Shown here: in pieces, positions 35,899 to 48,639 of the stretch
How the letters are laid out: the number at the start of each line of letters is the position of its first letter
Position numbering within the stretch: position 1 is the stretch's first letter
Assembly: GCA_004022145.1 (NCBI GenBank)
Contig: RCNU01000009.1
DNA: 64,000 bases
Reading direction: 5' to 3' (one strand)
Source of the DNA: Paecilomyces variotii
Taxonomy: Eukaryota
The notes under the pieces: model-generated
Told to the model about the DNA's origin: nothing
What the model saw: only the letters and a program-made list of their open reading frames with translations
The model's database searches: none
Program-made: the position numbers and the translations under genes

Positions 35899-38837
35899 GG
35901 AGAGGGGCAGTTGATATAATTCCATTCCTTCTTGGCAAGAGCTGCCACGAATCCACACACGGAGGCGACGATTCTCCCTTGGGAAAAGTAATTGCGATCT
36001 CTCCAGTCCATAGTCCCATCTAGACCGTACTATATCTGAATAATATGTATGTATCTTTTCCTTTTCTGCTTCTTGATGAGTTGTTCGTCGTCGTAGTTTC
36101 TCGAAGAGGGGCAGAAATCAGAAACAGGAATAAGCTAGGCGTTTTAGATGTTTTACGCAGTAGTCAACTCCACTTCTGCGACGGAAATAGTATGATTGAG
36201 GCACGCCAGCTGGCAAGCAGGAAGCCTCGTGGCCGGTGATTCAAATAATGTGCCCAAAGGCAGGCGTTAAGTGAGCCATTTAGTACGGGCGGCATATGTA
36301 CCTACTTAGGTAGGTAGGTTAAAATGGGGTCCTTGTCTGAGTAAGAGTAGGAGCCATGTACTCACTGCATAGCCATTTTGAAATCACTTGCTGGTCGAAA
36401 AGAAGGATATGTAGTAGTGTAGAAGAAGTGTGTATCCATGTGTAGCTCATTGCGGGGTGAGTACTTTCCGCCGGGAGCAGAACGTAGTCCGTCCAATTGA
36501 GCGAACATAGACATCAGAGTCTTTCCTAATATCCTAATATTCATCATCACATAACGAAGAGATTACCAGTTCCAACTTGACAGAGATGACTCGAAGGAAT
36601 TGCAGATGCTGCAAATGTGTAGCGTCAAAGCGTGAAAGAGGAAGGCGCCACATTATTGAATCGGCAATCGACTCATCCTCATCGCACCTCAGGAATTGTC
36701 ATCTCCATGTTCCGGGGCATGCATTCAGCACGCATGTTAATATTGTATATACCTTCCACAGATATCAGGAGCTGGAGCTTCTGAGTTTTCCCTCTTAATG
36801 GTGTTGTTCCCGACACGTCCTCCAGACAGCCCCGTCTAGACTCTAAAAAGTCCATTAAGACTCAGACATGGTCAGATCGATCTGTTGATCCACTCTGTTT
36901 GGAAAGTTGCTAACTGCCTAAGTACAATCTCAACAATAATTGCGCCCGGAATTGTAATAATACGTCTCGTGATGGCGCAGCGAACAGCGGGTCAAAAGGA
37001 TAAGAACTACAACAGCATTGTCTTTTCGATCCGCAGCCAGCCAAGATGGAGTCCAGACGGAACGAAGTGTGTGCTCCACGACTGGCGCCCGACTGACCTG
37101 CTGGACCCTCCCTCAGTGCCACACGATTGCTCGCATATCCAGTGAGAACGCCCTGCTGGTCAACTTGGGAATGCAGGGTTATGGTAAGGCAGGCCAACCA
37201 GTGGGATGCTGGCAGGGCTGTTTTCTCCAACAGGATGGCCGAGTCGCCGTTAGACTCGACGAACGGTCATTCTATAGACGCGTCGGGATCTTCGCCGTCG
37301 TCGATGCGGTGAGGACAGGGAAGGGACATCCAGCTAATCTACAGAATCGCCCGAAAGTATAGACGGAAAACGGATTGAGTATCTTTCACTCGTGACTCTT
37401 ACCCCAGGAGACAAGATCTGAGCAAAGCCATCAAGAAAAACCTCATATACCCGCCTGTCGACAGTCGCGCTTCACGCGTATCCTACCCTGTGACTCCTTT
37501 GCTTCTTACGGGCTGTTCGAGCCGTCACTTCTGCCTCTTTGAGCCATCTCCTCTCCAGCTGCTGCTAATTTGATATCACCCCTCTTTTGAACAGACACGG
37601 CGGAAAGGAAAAGCCCAGGTTAGCTCTCTCCTGCCCTTCCCGAAGGCCGGCTAGCTTCTCGAAGAGCACCACCCCCACCTGGTGCGCGGAACGGAATGCT
37701 TACCAGCAATTAATCTGACCTGGGGGGCTCACAAGGTCACAACCGTCTAGGTAAACAAGACGACGATTCTGACACCCCGGCTTGGTGGAGGTTTGCGGGT
37801 GCGGGAACCCAGTTGATCCCTATCGATACGCCTCCCGACCCCCCTTCTGATAAACGTGATACACGAGGAAGAACACCAAAAAAGTTACGCCCAGAGACGG
37901 ACTTGATCCCCAAACAGCATAAGAGCTTGAAGTGTGAGTGGCTTGTCCCTGCGTGATTCCCAATCGCAGTTTGCGTCCCACCCACACTATCGGCGTTCAC
38001 GCCTTTTGGCCCCGAATCTCCCAGCCACCCCTTACTGGCGCTGGTTTGGATACCGCTAGCTCGCGGACCTGTCAGGTAAGAGGGTGTTGGAGATCAGAAC
38101 AAAGAGCTTCAAAGCCCTTGTCATTCTTGGAATCGTGCGACTGAGCACACATTCCAGTGCAGGTGGTCAAGCAGAGATTGCCATTATTATTATTGTTTTA
38201 TTGGCATTATATTGGAGACGATCGATCTCACTAACGTTCTGGTAAATCCTCCTTGCAAATTTCGTCCGCCATTGGATTCTTCATACTCACTGGCCTCGTA
38301 TACCCTTGCCCTGTCCCTGTCCTGCCTTCGTGGTTGTCCCATCGATCGCATTTGTATGCGCACATTGTGCATCCCTTGAATCAATAGTTTTTCTTCAGCA
38401 ATACTCGCTGTGCTTCAAACCATTTGAGCTAGCTGACTCACGACGCCATCAGGCGCGAGACTTGCAGAGGATTACTTTTTTTTTGCTGTCGTCCGGATTT
38501 ATACGGAGTATAACGGCACTTTTGTTTCCAGAACCGCTCTTCTTAGACGTATCATTTGCATTGAACCACCGCCATCGATGAGTGTCATTGTCAACTGGAC
38601 GCCAGCGCTCGAGTCCCGATATCTCCCAGCAGTATGGAACCCGAGTCCGCAGCGCGACTGCAGAGCTTAAACCATTGTACTGCGTCAAGACTGTATGCGC
38701 CATCGCAACCCTGTACTGTCGCCATCCGAGCGAATAAAGAGCGCAGCGTTTCGTCGAAATCATGGGGAGCGACGGAGGAAAAGAAGAAATTTGGAAATAC
38801 GCTGCGTCATGTCTGGTCGCGTTGCGAAGTACGTGAT

Positions 38838-41800
38838 ATGGAAGGATCGTGGTCCACCAATATACCCACCGCCGGCATGGTACGTGCTAATGCTTCTCTA
38901 CTTCTTAGCGGCCATGGCTGGTCTTGCTTGGTTACGCAGGCCTGGCCGTCGACGCTCTACTTCTCCCCGAACCATACGATACTGACTGAATTAGGGGTTC
39001 ATCGCAAATCCCTACTCAGGTCTTGACTCGCTCAAGACCGCTGCTTTGCTATCAGAGATCATATTAACAGGACCCGAACCTACGCATGATGGCCAGTCAC
39101 CTCCGTCTTATGAAGAAGCTATCAGCGATCTACCTCCAGAATATTCTACTATCCCGGTTCTAGCCCGCGCAAAAGTGTCCACACCTGAGCCAGCACCCCC
39201 GCATAGAATTCGAGATCATAAGCGGCAGGCTCCTGGGCAGTGCGCTCCCAGTGCATCAATAGATTTCGGAGAGCCGTATGGTGCCCGGGAACACAAAAAG
39301 AAGAAGGGTTCTACCGCCAAGAAGACACAGACGAATAAATCCGCAGGATCGGATAACGAAGGTGAAACTAATGCAAATAATGAAGGCCAGGATGGCGGAG
39401 ATGCTGGTTCTGGCGGCGGGTCAGCCGGAGATGGCAATAATGGCGGTGGTGGTGATGATGGTGGCGACGGCGGCGATGACCCCGGTGATGACTGGACCGA
39501 TTGGGCTACGGGGGGTAGTAAGAAGAAAAACAAGAAGAAGAAGGCCGAAGAGGAGGAACAAAGAGCGAAGGAAGAAGAAGAGAAGAAAGCAGCCGAGGCC
39601 GCAGCCGCTACCTCTGCAGCCAATAATCTTAGCTGGGCCGACGAGACCGAGGCAAATGCCGATGATATATGGGCCGGTTTCACTACCGCCGGCAAGAAAA
39701 AGAAGGATAAGAAAGGAACTGTAAGACACCGTCAGACATGGCTGATACGGAGCTATACTGAATCTCTACCATAGGCTGGACTGGCGCCTGCTCCGGCAGC
39801 AGACCCGCCTACGAATTCATTTCAGGATGTCAGTCTCGATGACACTACGCCTCAGCTGGATCTGAGTTTTGACGCACCAGGTGGGAAGACCTCAGGGGCT
39901 GGGTTCGGTTTTGGCGGCTGGGGTACAGACTGGAACACTGGAAACAAATGGGGCTTCGATAACGCCAACAATGGATCCAAGGGAAATGGGGGCGGCGAAA
40001 AAAAGAGTGATAATCCCTGGTCATTGGGTTCAGGCGGAAAAGACAAGAAGGGGTTCGACTTCGGCAATCTCGGAAAGGACAATACTGCTTCTGTGACAAA
40101 GAACGAGGAGCAGGATGATTGGGGATTTGCTACTGTCAGCAAGAAAGACAAGAAGAAGAAAAATGGCGCTACGCAGGAGCCTGAACCCGCATCCGTCCAG
40201 GAACCAGAGCCTGCTGACGACTGGAATATCTGGGGCACGAAAAAGGACAAGAAGAAAGGCAAAGATGCTACCGAGGAGCCTGCAAAAAAGCCAGATCCCC
40301 CGCCGGCAGAGCCTGAACCTGCAGCCGACGACATTTGGGCAGTATGGGGAAAGAAAGATAAAAAGAAGGGAAAGGCTGCCGAAGAACCGCCAAAGGAGCC
40401 AGACCCTCCTGCTCCGCCAGAACCTGAGCCGATCCCGGATGCCTGGGGAACCTCAATCAGTAAGAAGGACAAGAAAAAGAAAGGCCTCTTGAAGGAAGAC
40501 CCAGTGCCGGAGTCCAAGCTTAAGGAAGCATCAAATGACAATATCTGGTCGGCTTTGGGGACGTCCAAGAACAAGACAGAGACTGCTGATGATAATGCAT
40601 GGAGCAGGGCCACGTTAGCCAAGAAGAAAGACGACAAGAATTCTTTTGAAGACCCGGTCCCAGCGCCTGAGCCTCCGCCAGCAGTGGCTGAAAATAAGGA
40701 TGCAGAAGATGGCTGGGGAGGTTGGGGAATTTCAACAAAGAAGGACAAGAAGAAGAAGGGAGCGGTAGCAGAGCCACCACCCGCACCGCCGGCTCCGGAG
40801 CCTGCAGCAGCAGATGACTGGAGTATCTGGGGTACTGCAAAGAGCAGTAAAAAGGGTAAGAAAGACAAAGTTGTGGAACCAGAGCCAGCACCCGAACCTG
40901 AACCTCAACCTGAACCCGAGCCTGAGCCAAGTCCTACAGTAACTTGGGATCCGCTCTATGAGAATTGGGCCACTTTATCAGGAAAGGAGCAGAAGAAGAG
41001 AGAAAAGCAACTCAAAGCAAAGGGTCTTCCTATACCGGAGAAGGATATTCCTATTCCGACAAAACCTGAACCTGAGCCTGAGCCAGCGCCCGAATCAGAA
41101 CTTAAACCTGAACCTGAGCCGGAGCCTGAGCCTGAGCTGGAACCTGCAGTAACTTGGGATCCACTCTATGAGAATTGGGCTACTTTATCCGGCAAAGAGC
41201 AAAAGAGAAGAGAAAAACAGCTCAAGGAAAAGGGTCTTCCTATACCAGGGAAGGATATTCTTTCTATTCCAACTAAGCCTGAGCCAGAGCCAGAGCCAGA
41301 GCCAGCACCTGAATTAGAACCTGAACCAGAGCCGGAGCCGAAGCCGGAACCTGCAGCGCCTTGGGATCCACTCTATGAGAATTGGGCCACTCTATCAGGC
41401 AAAGAGCAAAAGAGAAGAGAAAAACAGCTTAAAGAAAAGGGTCTTCCTATACCAGGGAAGGATATTCTTTCTATTCCAACTAAGCCAGAGCCAGAGCCAG
41501 AGCTAGAGCCAGAGCCAGAGCCAGCACCTGAATTGGAACCTGAACCAGAGCCGGAGTCGAAGCCGGAACCTGCAGCGCCTTGGGATCCGCTCTATGAGAA
41601 TTGGGCTACTTTATCAGGTAAAGAGCAAAAGAGAAGAGAAAAGCAGCTCAAAGCAAAGGGCCTTCTTGTACCAGGGAAGGGTATTCCTGTTCCAACTAAG
41701 CCAGAGCCGGAGCCTGAGCCTGAGCCTGAACCTGAACCTAGGTCTGAGCCTGAGCCAGAGCCAGCACGCGAACCAGAACCAGAACCTGAGCCTGAGCCTG

Positions 41801-44800
41801 AGCCAGAACCACAACTAGAGGCTAAACCTGCGGCGCCTTGGGATCCGCTTTACGAGAATTGGGCCACTCTATCTAGTAAAGAGCAAAAGAGAAGAGAAAA
41901 GCAGCTCAAAGCAAAGGGCCTTCTTGTACCAGGGAAGGGTATTCCTGTTCCAACTAAGCCAGAGCCGGAGCCGGAGCCAGAGCCAGAGCCAGAGCCAGCA
42001 CGCGAACCGGAACCAGAACCTGAGCCTGAGCCGGAACCTGAGCCCAAGCTAGAGGCTCACCCGCAGGATCCGCTTTACGAGAATTGGGCTACTTTATCAG
42101 GTAAAGAGCAGAAGAAAAGAGAGAAGCAGCTCAAAGCAAAAGGCCTTCCTATACCAGGGAAGGACATTCCTATTCTAACTGAGCCTGACCCTGAGCCAGA
42201 ACCTCAGCTAGAACTAGAGCCAGAACCTGAGCGCGAACCTGAGCCTAAGCCAGAGGCTCAACTGCAGGATCCGCTCTACGAGAATTGGGCTACTTTATCA
42301 GGCAAAGAGCAGAAGAAAAGAGAGAAGCAGCTCAAAGCAAAAGGCCTTCCTATACCAGGGAAGGACATTCCCGTTCTAACTGAGTCTGTAGCGGAACCTG
42401 AACCTGTCGTTGAACCCGCCCCTGAACCTATTGTGGAACAACCTCCCGAAGAGGATTGGGGAATCTGGGGAACCGCAAAGGAAAAGAAGAAGAGCAAAAA
42501 GAGCAAAGCTATAGAAGAGCCTCCACCTCCGGCACCTACTCCTCCTGCTCAAGGCCTCACCCCCGAGCCAGACCCAGCTTCTGCTCTAGATGCTATCGCT
42601 GATGATGACCCGTGGGCAGGGTTCAGTACAAAAACGAAGGGCACTAAGAAGGGTACACTAACTAAGACGAAGGTCGATGATAGCAAGCTGCTAAAGACTA
42701 AGAGCAAAGAGAAGGAGCCAGTCGAAGAGTCTAAACCAGAGCCGGCTGTGGCAGATACTCCAGCTAAAGCGGTCAGGAGTTTCTGGGGAAGTCTAGGCAC
42801 AAGCACAACGACTAAGTCAAAATTGAGCAAGTCGAAAGAAGAGAAACCCAAGGACCCTGAACCCGAACCTAAAGCCGATCTACTGGACCTTACGGAAGAG
42901 TCACCCAAGAAAAGTAGCAAGTCCGAGATCAAAGCTGGTGATGCCGGCAAGAAGTCTCACGGTATCGATGATCTCCTGATTGATGTAGGGGGTGGAGAGG
43001 CGCCTACCGCGGCTGCGGATGATGCAGCCGCGACAGCCGCGCCGCCAGCGAAGACTGCGTCCGCATCGAAGACCAAGACAACTGGCAAGCTCTCAGTCGC
43101 CGAACGCATCAAGGCCCTTGAGCCGGCCAAGAAGGATAAGGAGAAGGAGAGGGAAGAAGAGAAGGAAAAAGAGAAGCAAGAAGAGAAGGCGAAAGAGGCT
43201 GTTGAGCCTACGGTGGAGCCTCCACCTAAAAAGGCAACTACTTTATCCAAGTCAAAGTCGACCAAGACTTCTTCATCCAAAAAAGAAACAGCAATACCTC
43301 CTCCTGCTCCCGAGCCTGTTGAGAGGAAGGAAAAATCGCACGACTCTATTCCAGGCAGTTTCCCGGACGGCCCGGACGACGAAGCCCCGGAGCCGCCAGC
43401 TGCTCCAGAACCTGCTCCAGAACCTGCTCCAGAACCTGCTCCAGAACCTGCTCCAGAGCAAGTATCCAAGAAAACCAAGAAGAGCTCTGAGCCCAAGAAA
43501 GAGCCATCACCTGTGATAGACGAGCCTACACCCGTTGAGGCACCACCAGCACCAGCCCCGGAAGAGGAACCTGGTGCACCCCCAACTCCGCCTCCTGAAT
43601 CTGCTCATGCGAAGCATCCTAGAAGGGAACGCACGAAAGTAGAACGTACGGCAGGTGCTTCCTCGTGGGGCTTCTGGGCTGCTGCTCCACCAAAGAAGCC
43701 ATCTAAGAGAGACAGTAGACCGAAAGAAGAAATCGACATCCCACGGACAAAGGAGCGATCTCCACCTGCTCTGGCTAGGTCTAAGTCCGATGCGACCAGG
43801 CGTCATCGACACCGTGTATCGGAAAACGAAGGCGAGAGATCGTCCACTTCTGACAGAGAGAGGAAAGCAGAGGCGAAGTCTTCCCGCCAGAATCGCGGTA
43901 TGGGACTCTCCAATTTTCTCCTTGGCAACGCGCCTCCTCCTCCTTCCAGAACCAAGTCTGGTCGACGGGCTGGCGGTTCTGCCTCGAGACCGACTTCAAG
44001 GCGTCCATCTGTCGACGTTGAGGACTCTGGACTCCTATCACCGCCTCCTGATGAAAGACGAGAAATGCCTGATAAAGCAGCGAAAATGATGGGGATTAGT
44101 TCATCTAAGCGCAACAGAGAAGGTAGACGGTCAGAAAAAAGAAAATCAGGTAAGGATTCTGCAATGATATCTCCCGAATGCCCTTCTCACGCTTTCCTTC
44201 TAGCGCCCGATCCTTATACCTTAGACGAGGATGATATTGTAATGGTCAACGGAGATGAATATGATATATCCTCGAAGGAGGCCTCAAGAGCCAAAAGGAG
44301 AAGTAGGTCCAAAAGAGAGGTAAGTGAGCCAGTTCTACTGAAATCAACTATCTGTTACGAGAGCTTTCTTTCTAGGAGCTGGTCTAACTTCGGAACTTTG
44401 CAGGCGAAAACAAGGGATGCGGATGTTCAAGATGATATCGTCATGGTTGACGCGCCTCAGGGGCCAGAAGTATTCTCTGGGCCTGATGATCTTGCCTTTG
44501 TCGAAGCTCCGCCAAAGGAGCGACACCATAGACGGTCTAGCAATGCACCTAAGAAGCCAGAAGGCGGTGGATTCATGGCGCTTCTTGGATCGCTGCGGAA
44601 GCCTTCGAGACCGGATCCTCCAGAACGTCGCAGGTCCCGGTCGTATCGTGACGATGATGCCAAACACATGACGGATGTTGAGAGGGAAGAAGCCCGACGT
44701 ATTAGACGAGAGGATAGGAAAAGGAGACGATCAACGAGACCAGAGACTGATGTGGAAGGCTTTATGACCGATGCAGCTCCGCCCGGTGGTGCAGATACCG

Positions 44801-45654
44801 AACCTGAAGATACAGAGGCGCGGAGAGCCGAACGCAGAGCAAAACGCTCTTCACGGCACGCTGCTGAACTCAGAGAAGCTGAAGAGCGCCGGATTAGGAG
44901 GCGAGAGGAAAAAGAGGCCCGTGAGAAGCGTGCCCGCGAGGAAGAGGAAAGGGAAGAAGAAAGGAGACGTGAAGAAAAAAGAGCCCGTAGAGCTGCTCGG
45001 GAGGAACGCCGGGCCCGGGAGGAGCAGGAAGCTAGAGAAACAGAAGCCCGCGCTGAAGCCAGAGCGACAGAACGACGCGAACGACGACGCACAAGAGAGG
45101 TAGAAGAAATGAACGGGGGCTCCAGACACCGGTCCAAATCTGGTCGACGACGCTCTCACGCGCCGGAGGAGGACTATGCTGGTGAACGACACCATCAACC
45201 TGGCCGATCGAGACGTCGAAGACCAACTGCACCAGACCCGGCAGAGTTCCACCCTGTTATGTCTGGCGGTAAAGATAAAACGTCGTCTTGGGTCCATTCG
45301 CAAGCCACAGATCCTCCCGAGCCACCTCCACTTGTAGCCACTGTGATTGATGTACCGACAGGCCCTGATGCTCAAAACGGCCACTCTCTGTCTTCGGATG
45401 AGGAGGCTCGTCGGGAAATGCGTCGTTTGGCTCGTCGACGCGCCAAATATCCGGGACTCACCGATGATGAGATTGCAGAACGACGTGCTCGACGTCGAGA
45501 AGCACGCAGGGGCGACCGCGACGGTATCAAGAGCAGCTCAGGAAGCGGCGACTACGAACGCGAGCGTTGGAGCAGAGCATACGACAGCCGGCATGCACCT
45601 CCCGCCAGTGGAACGAAAAGAACAAGCTGGCTGAAGCGACTCACTACGCTGTGA
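38838..45654 (+). CDS. Very large (~2,200 aa) low-complexity Lys/Glu/Pro-rich protein with recurrent Trp-Gly/KKDKKK motifs; probable introns 38880-38994, 39721-39774, 44150-44203 and 44320-44403; start tentative
   Basis: The 1876-aa ORF is joined to ORF 39046-39774 by intron gtaaga...ctgaa...atag. That ORF has no Met, so a 5' exon is needed; the phase-0 exon [14 protein letters not shown] fits. Confidence 0.82.
40880..42385 (+). repeat. Seven coding tandem modules (W/Q)[16 protein letters not shown](K/R)REKQLK(A/E)KGL..PGKDI, separated by variable (PE)n linkers
   Basis: Module starts at 40945, 41155, 41362, 41581, 41839, 42064 and 42265. Confidence 0.97.
43402..43458 (+). repeat. 12-bp coding minisatellite (gctccagaacct)x4 plus a partial copy, encoding APEP
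   Basis: Read directly. Confidence 0.95.
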
Positions 45655-46622
45655 AGTTGCATAGTGAGATACCGAAAGTATCTTGAAGCGGGTTTCTGTT
45701 CAGTCCTTTCTTCCAACCAACCCCCCATGGTAGCTGCGCTATGGACCGCTCATGTTACGATTGATATGATGAAATGAAAACATTCGAATGCCTAACGTCT
45801 AAATGATTGTCACGATGTTTATGCCCCTATTTATGTGGTTTTTGCGTCTGCGTCATGTCCTGCTGCTGGCAACTATATGCATCCTGGCGTTACGTCACAC
45901 GCCAAAAAAAAAAAGGAATAAGCGATAAATTCGGCTTCCAAGCCGTATTGACTCGCACGGTATTGTTATAGCTTCTTGTTTTGTTTTAGCTAAATTCGGT
46001 TTGTTCCATTCAGCAATTATCCCAAGGCACCGCTCAGAAAGATCTTGTATCCCATACGGGGCAGCGGGAGAGTTTAAGATTGTGGGAGTATAAATCCCTG
46101 GAACATTGTACATTTTGGAATTCAGAAACAGTTTCAGGGCTTTGTACGTTTAGTCTCAAGTTCACCACCAGATGAAAAAATAATCAATCTATATTCCTAT
46201 CGGAAGATATACATTCGAACAAGCATAACCCTGTCCAGACACTATGCAGTGCAGACCGTAACTTTTTCTTCTTTAACCCGGTCTCCCGTACCTAGTGAAC
46301 ATCGTCAGGAATTCTCAGAAACAGAAGAACTTAGCTATCCAACATATTCGCCTGTCGCGCAGATTTCACAGAAAGTTAAAAATAGATGTATCAGAAATAT
46401 TGCTCTAGCAGATGGCCACCCAGAAAAGACCGAAAAAAGGGAAAATACCCAGCTCCCATGAGAAATCATACAATCTTCGACAAGTCCTCATAGTTATAGA
46501 AAAGATATCATGAGACTTGGAAACATGACGGAAAGCAAAATCAAGTCACAACTCCGTCATTAAAAGGAATCTTCTTTTCTGCCAGCGGCAGTCTGTCAAA
46601 AAAAAGGTAGTATAAAAAAGGA

Positions 46623-48027
46623 TCAGATCACAGCTTCTCCTTCCTCACTCTTCAAGCCCAGCTTGCCTCTCGCGGTATCCTTTTCCTTTCGGCGGTTTTC
46701 GAGATAGAATCGACCGCCCTCATAGGCGCCCAGGTAAAGACCAAGGCCGACGGCCGTCCAGCATGCGCGAATAGCACCACCCTTAAAAAGACCCTTGATG
46801 CCTTCCTCGAGCCAGATTTCTCGTCCAACAGCCCAGGCGCCACGGCTTCGATTCTGTCGAACGGCTGCACGTCGCTGTTCCTCACTATCACCGGCTGAGA
46901 GCATGATTCGAGTCTTGATCACATCAATTGGCGTCGTGACCACCGCCGCTACACTTCCTGCCAACCCAGCCGCAACGGACGTGATGCCCGCGCGTTCAAT
47001 CAGCAGATCATTCGCGCTGGACGTGGCACTTTGACCTTTCCGCTCCCGTCTCCATTCAATCATGTGCGTGCGCAAGTACTCGAACATAGGGAACTGCAGA
47101 CCCGTAAAAGGCAGATTACGCGCAATCAGCGCCGTGTATCCACTCCACAACCGGAAGGGATTTCGTCGGAACTTGGACAGGACTTGGAGCGTGGTGCTCT
47201 GGCTCCAACTTGACGGACCACGGGCCCCGACCATCTGCGCATTCTGCTTCAGCACCTCGGCGGGTGTGAGGATGAAGCAGGAGACGAGCTCCGCAGAGGA
47301 AGATGCGATAGCGTGGACGACGGGTGTAGGAAGGGAGTGGGTGAAGGGTAGGATGTTAGTTTTGGAGGAGTCGGGGTTGGATTTGGAGGATGCGTTTAAT
47401 GCGTATTTGATTCCTTCGTAGGTGGTGAAGAATGCGCCGGCTGTTTTTTGAAGGTAGAAATCGTTAGCGTATATGTCCCATTTGGTCGAAAACGTAGCTG
47501 CAGTTTTCTGCTTTTCTTTTCTTCTAGTGACAACACAACATAATCATTGCTCAATGGACCCGGAGACGAAACGAAACAGCCCTAGAACAGGCCTCAATTG
47601 CGCAAGTGGCAATTCTCAAACAACGCTCTCACAACAAATTTCCTCTCTATTCAGAAAACACGCAACTTACAAGACGGTATTGTCGCGAGCACAACGCTCC
47701 ATATCCCCTGATACAACCCACGGAAGAGCACGGCTCGGTTTATCGCCCCCGTAGCGGTGTTCTTGTAAAGGCGCTCATAATGAGGCGACTGAATTCGAGT
47801 CTTGAGGGTATCAAGCGGATAAACGAGGAGATCGACCGTAAATGCTGCAAAGGCTCCAGCCTATATTTCAAAAAAAAACAAAAGTCATCAGCATGTCTGT
47901 TCTGTTCTGTTCTTCAACTAGCTAGCTATCATGTTCGGCACGCGAGAAAAAACTTGCGTGTTACGATGGATAAAAGCGGTGGAGGGGAGCGACGTACAAC
48001 CCAGATATCGGTATTGGTGTTATACAT
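46623..48027 (-). CDS. Mitochondrial carrier family protein (Pet8/Sam5-like); exons 48027-47998, 47860-47671 and 47440-46623
   Basis: Three Px[DE]xxK motifs (YPLDTLKTRIQ, TPAEVLKQNAQ, TPIDVIKTRIM) and RNLPFTGLQF. Confidence 0.9.
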
Positions 48028-48639
48028 CTGAGCTAGCGAGGAAGTAATTGGAGCTCGAGAAGAGATAAAATCGCCCTTTGTGTTCGAGGTAAATCCGTCT
48101 AGCAGAGAAGTTGGGAGGAAATGACGATGACGCTGTGAGAGAAGAGCGGGAATCTATCTTATCTGATGATCTGATAAAAACCGCCGAACTGTGGACGTCA
48201 CTGACTTGTTTCGCGCCGATTTTCGGAACCTACGTATGGTCACGTGGTTTAGGGCTTAGGGTTTTCGTCGTATCAGATCGTTGGAAACGGCCGAGTTTAT
48301 GCCGCGCGATGTTCGAGGCAGTTCGATGTACAGTAACTACATAATACCATACTTTATGCTGACTGTTGCTTGCCACCTTTGGGTGAGTGGAATACAGGAA
48401 TTGAGGAAGAGCTACGGTGTATGACGAAACTAGAAAATTTTTGAAAAAGAAGATGTATGATGCTCTTGAATCGTATCCCGTGAGGTGGTTCGTCACTGGA
48501 ATAAGCAAACAGGAGAAATGGCCATCTCTATATTAAATAGCCAGATACACATTTTCCCTCCCTACGCCGATATGGTCATGCAAGGCCCACAAAATCACCA
48601 GGTCGAGATAAAACAAAAAAAGACCGCGAGAAACGCCAA

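Noticed and set aside
35624-36023. Several Lys/Glu-rich or Phe-rich ORFs on both strands
   Set aside because: Translations of the polypyrimidine tract
40880-42385. Repeat-spacer periodicity superficially like a CRISPR array
   Set aside because: In-frame coding repeats over 100 bp with (PE)n linkers, in a eukaryote with no cas genes
39216-45384. Many antisense and alternate-frame ORFs over the giant gene
   Set aside because: Shadows of low-complexity coding sequence
38838-45654. Calling the giant protein leashin (lah)
   Set aside because: Only compositional resemblance; it is much shorter and I recognise no leashin terminal domains
48249-48261. ttagggcttaggg telomere-like hexamers
   Set aside because: Only two copies; at most a promoter element, not a telomeric relic
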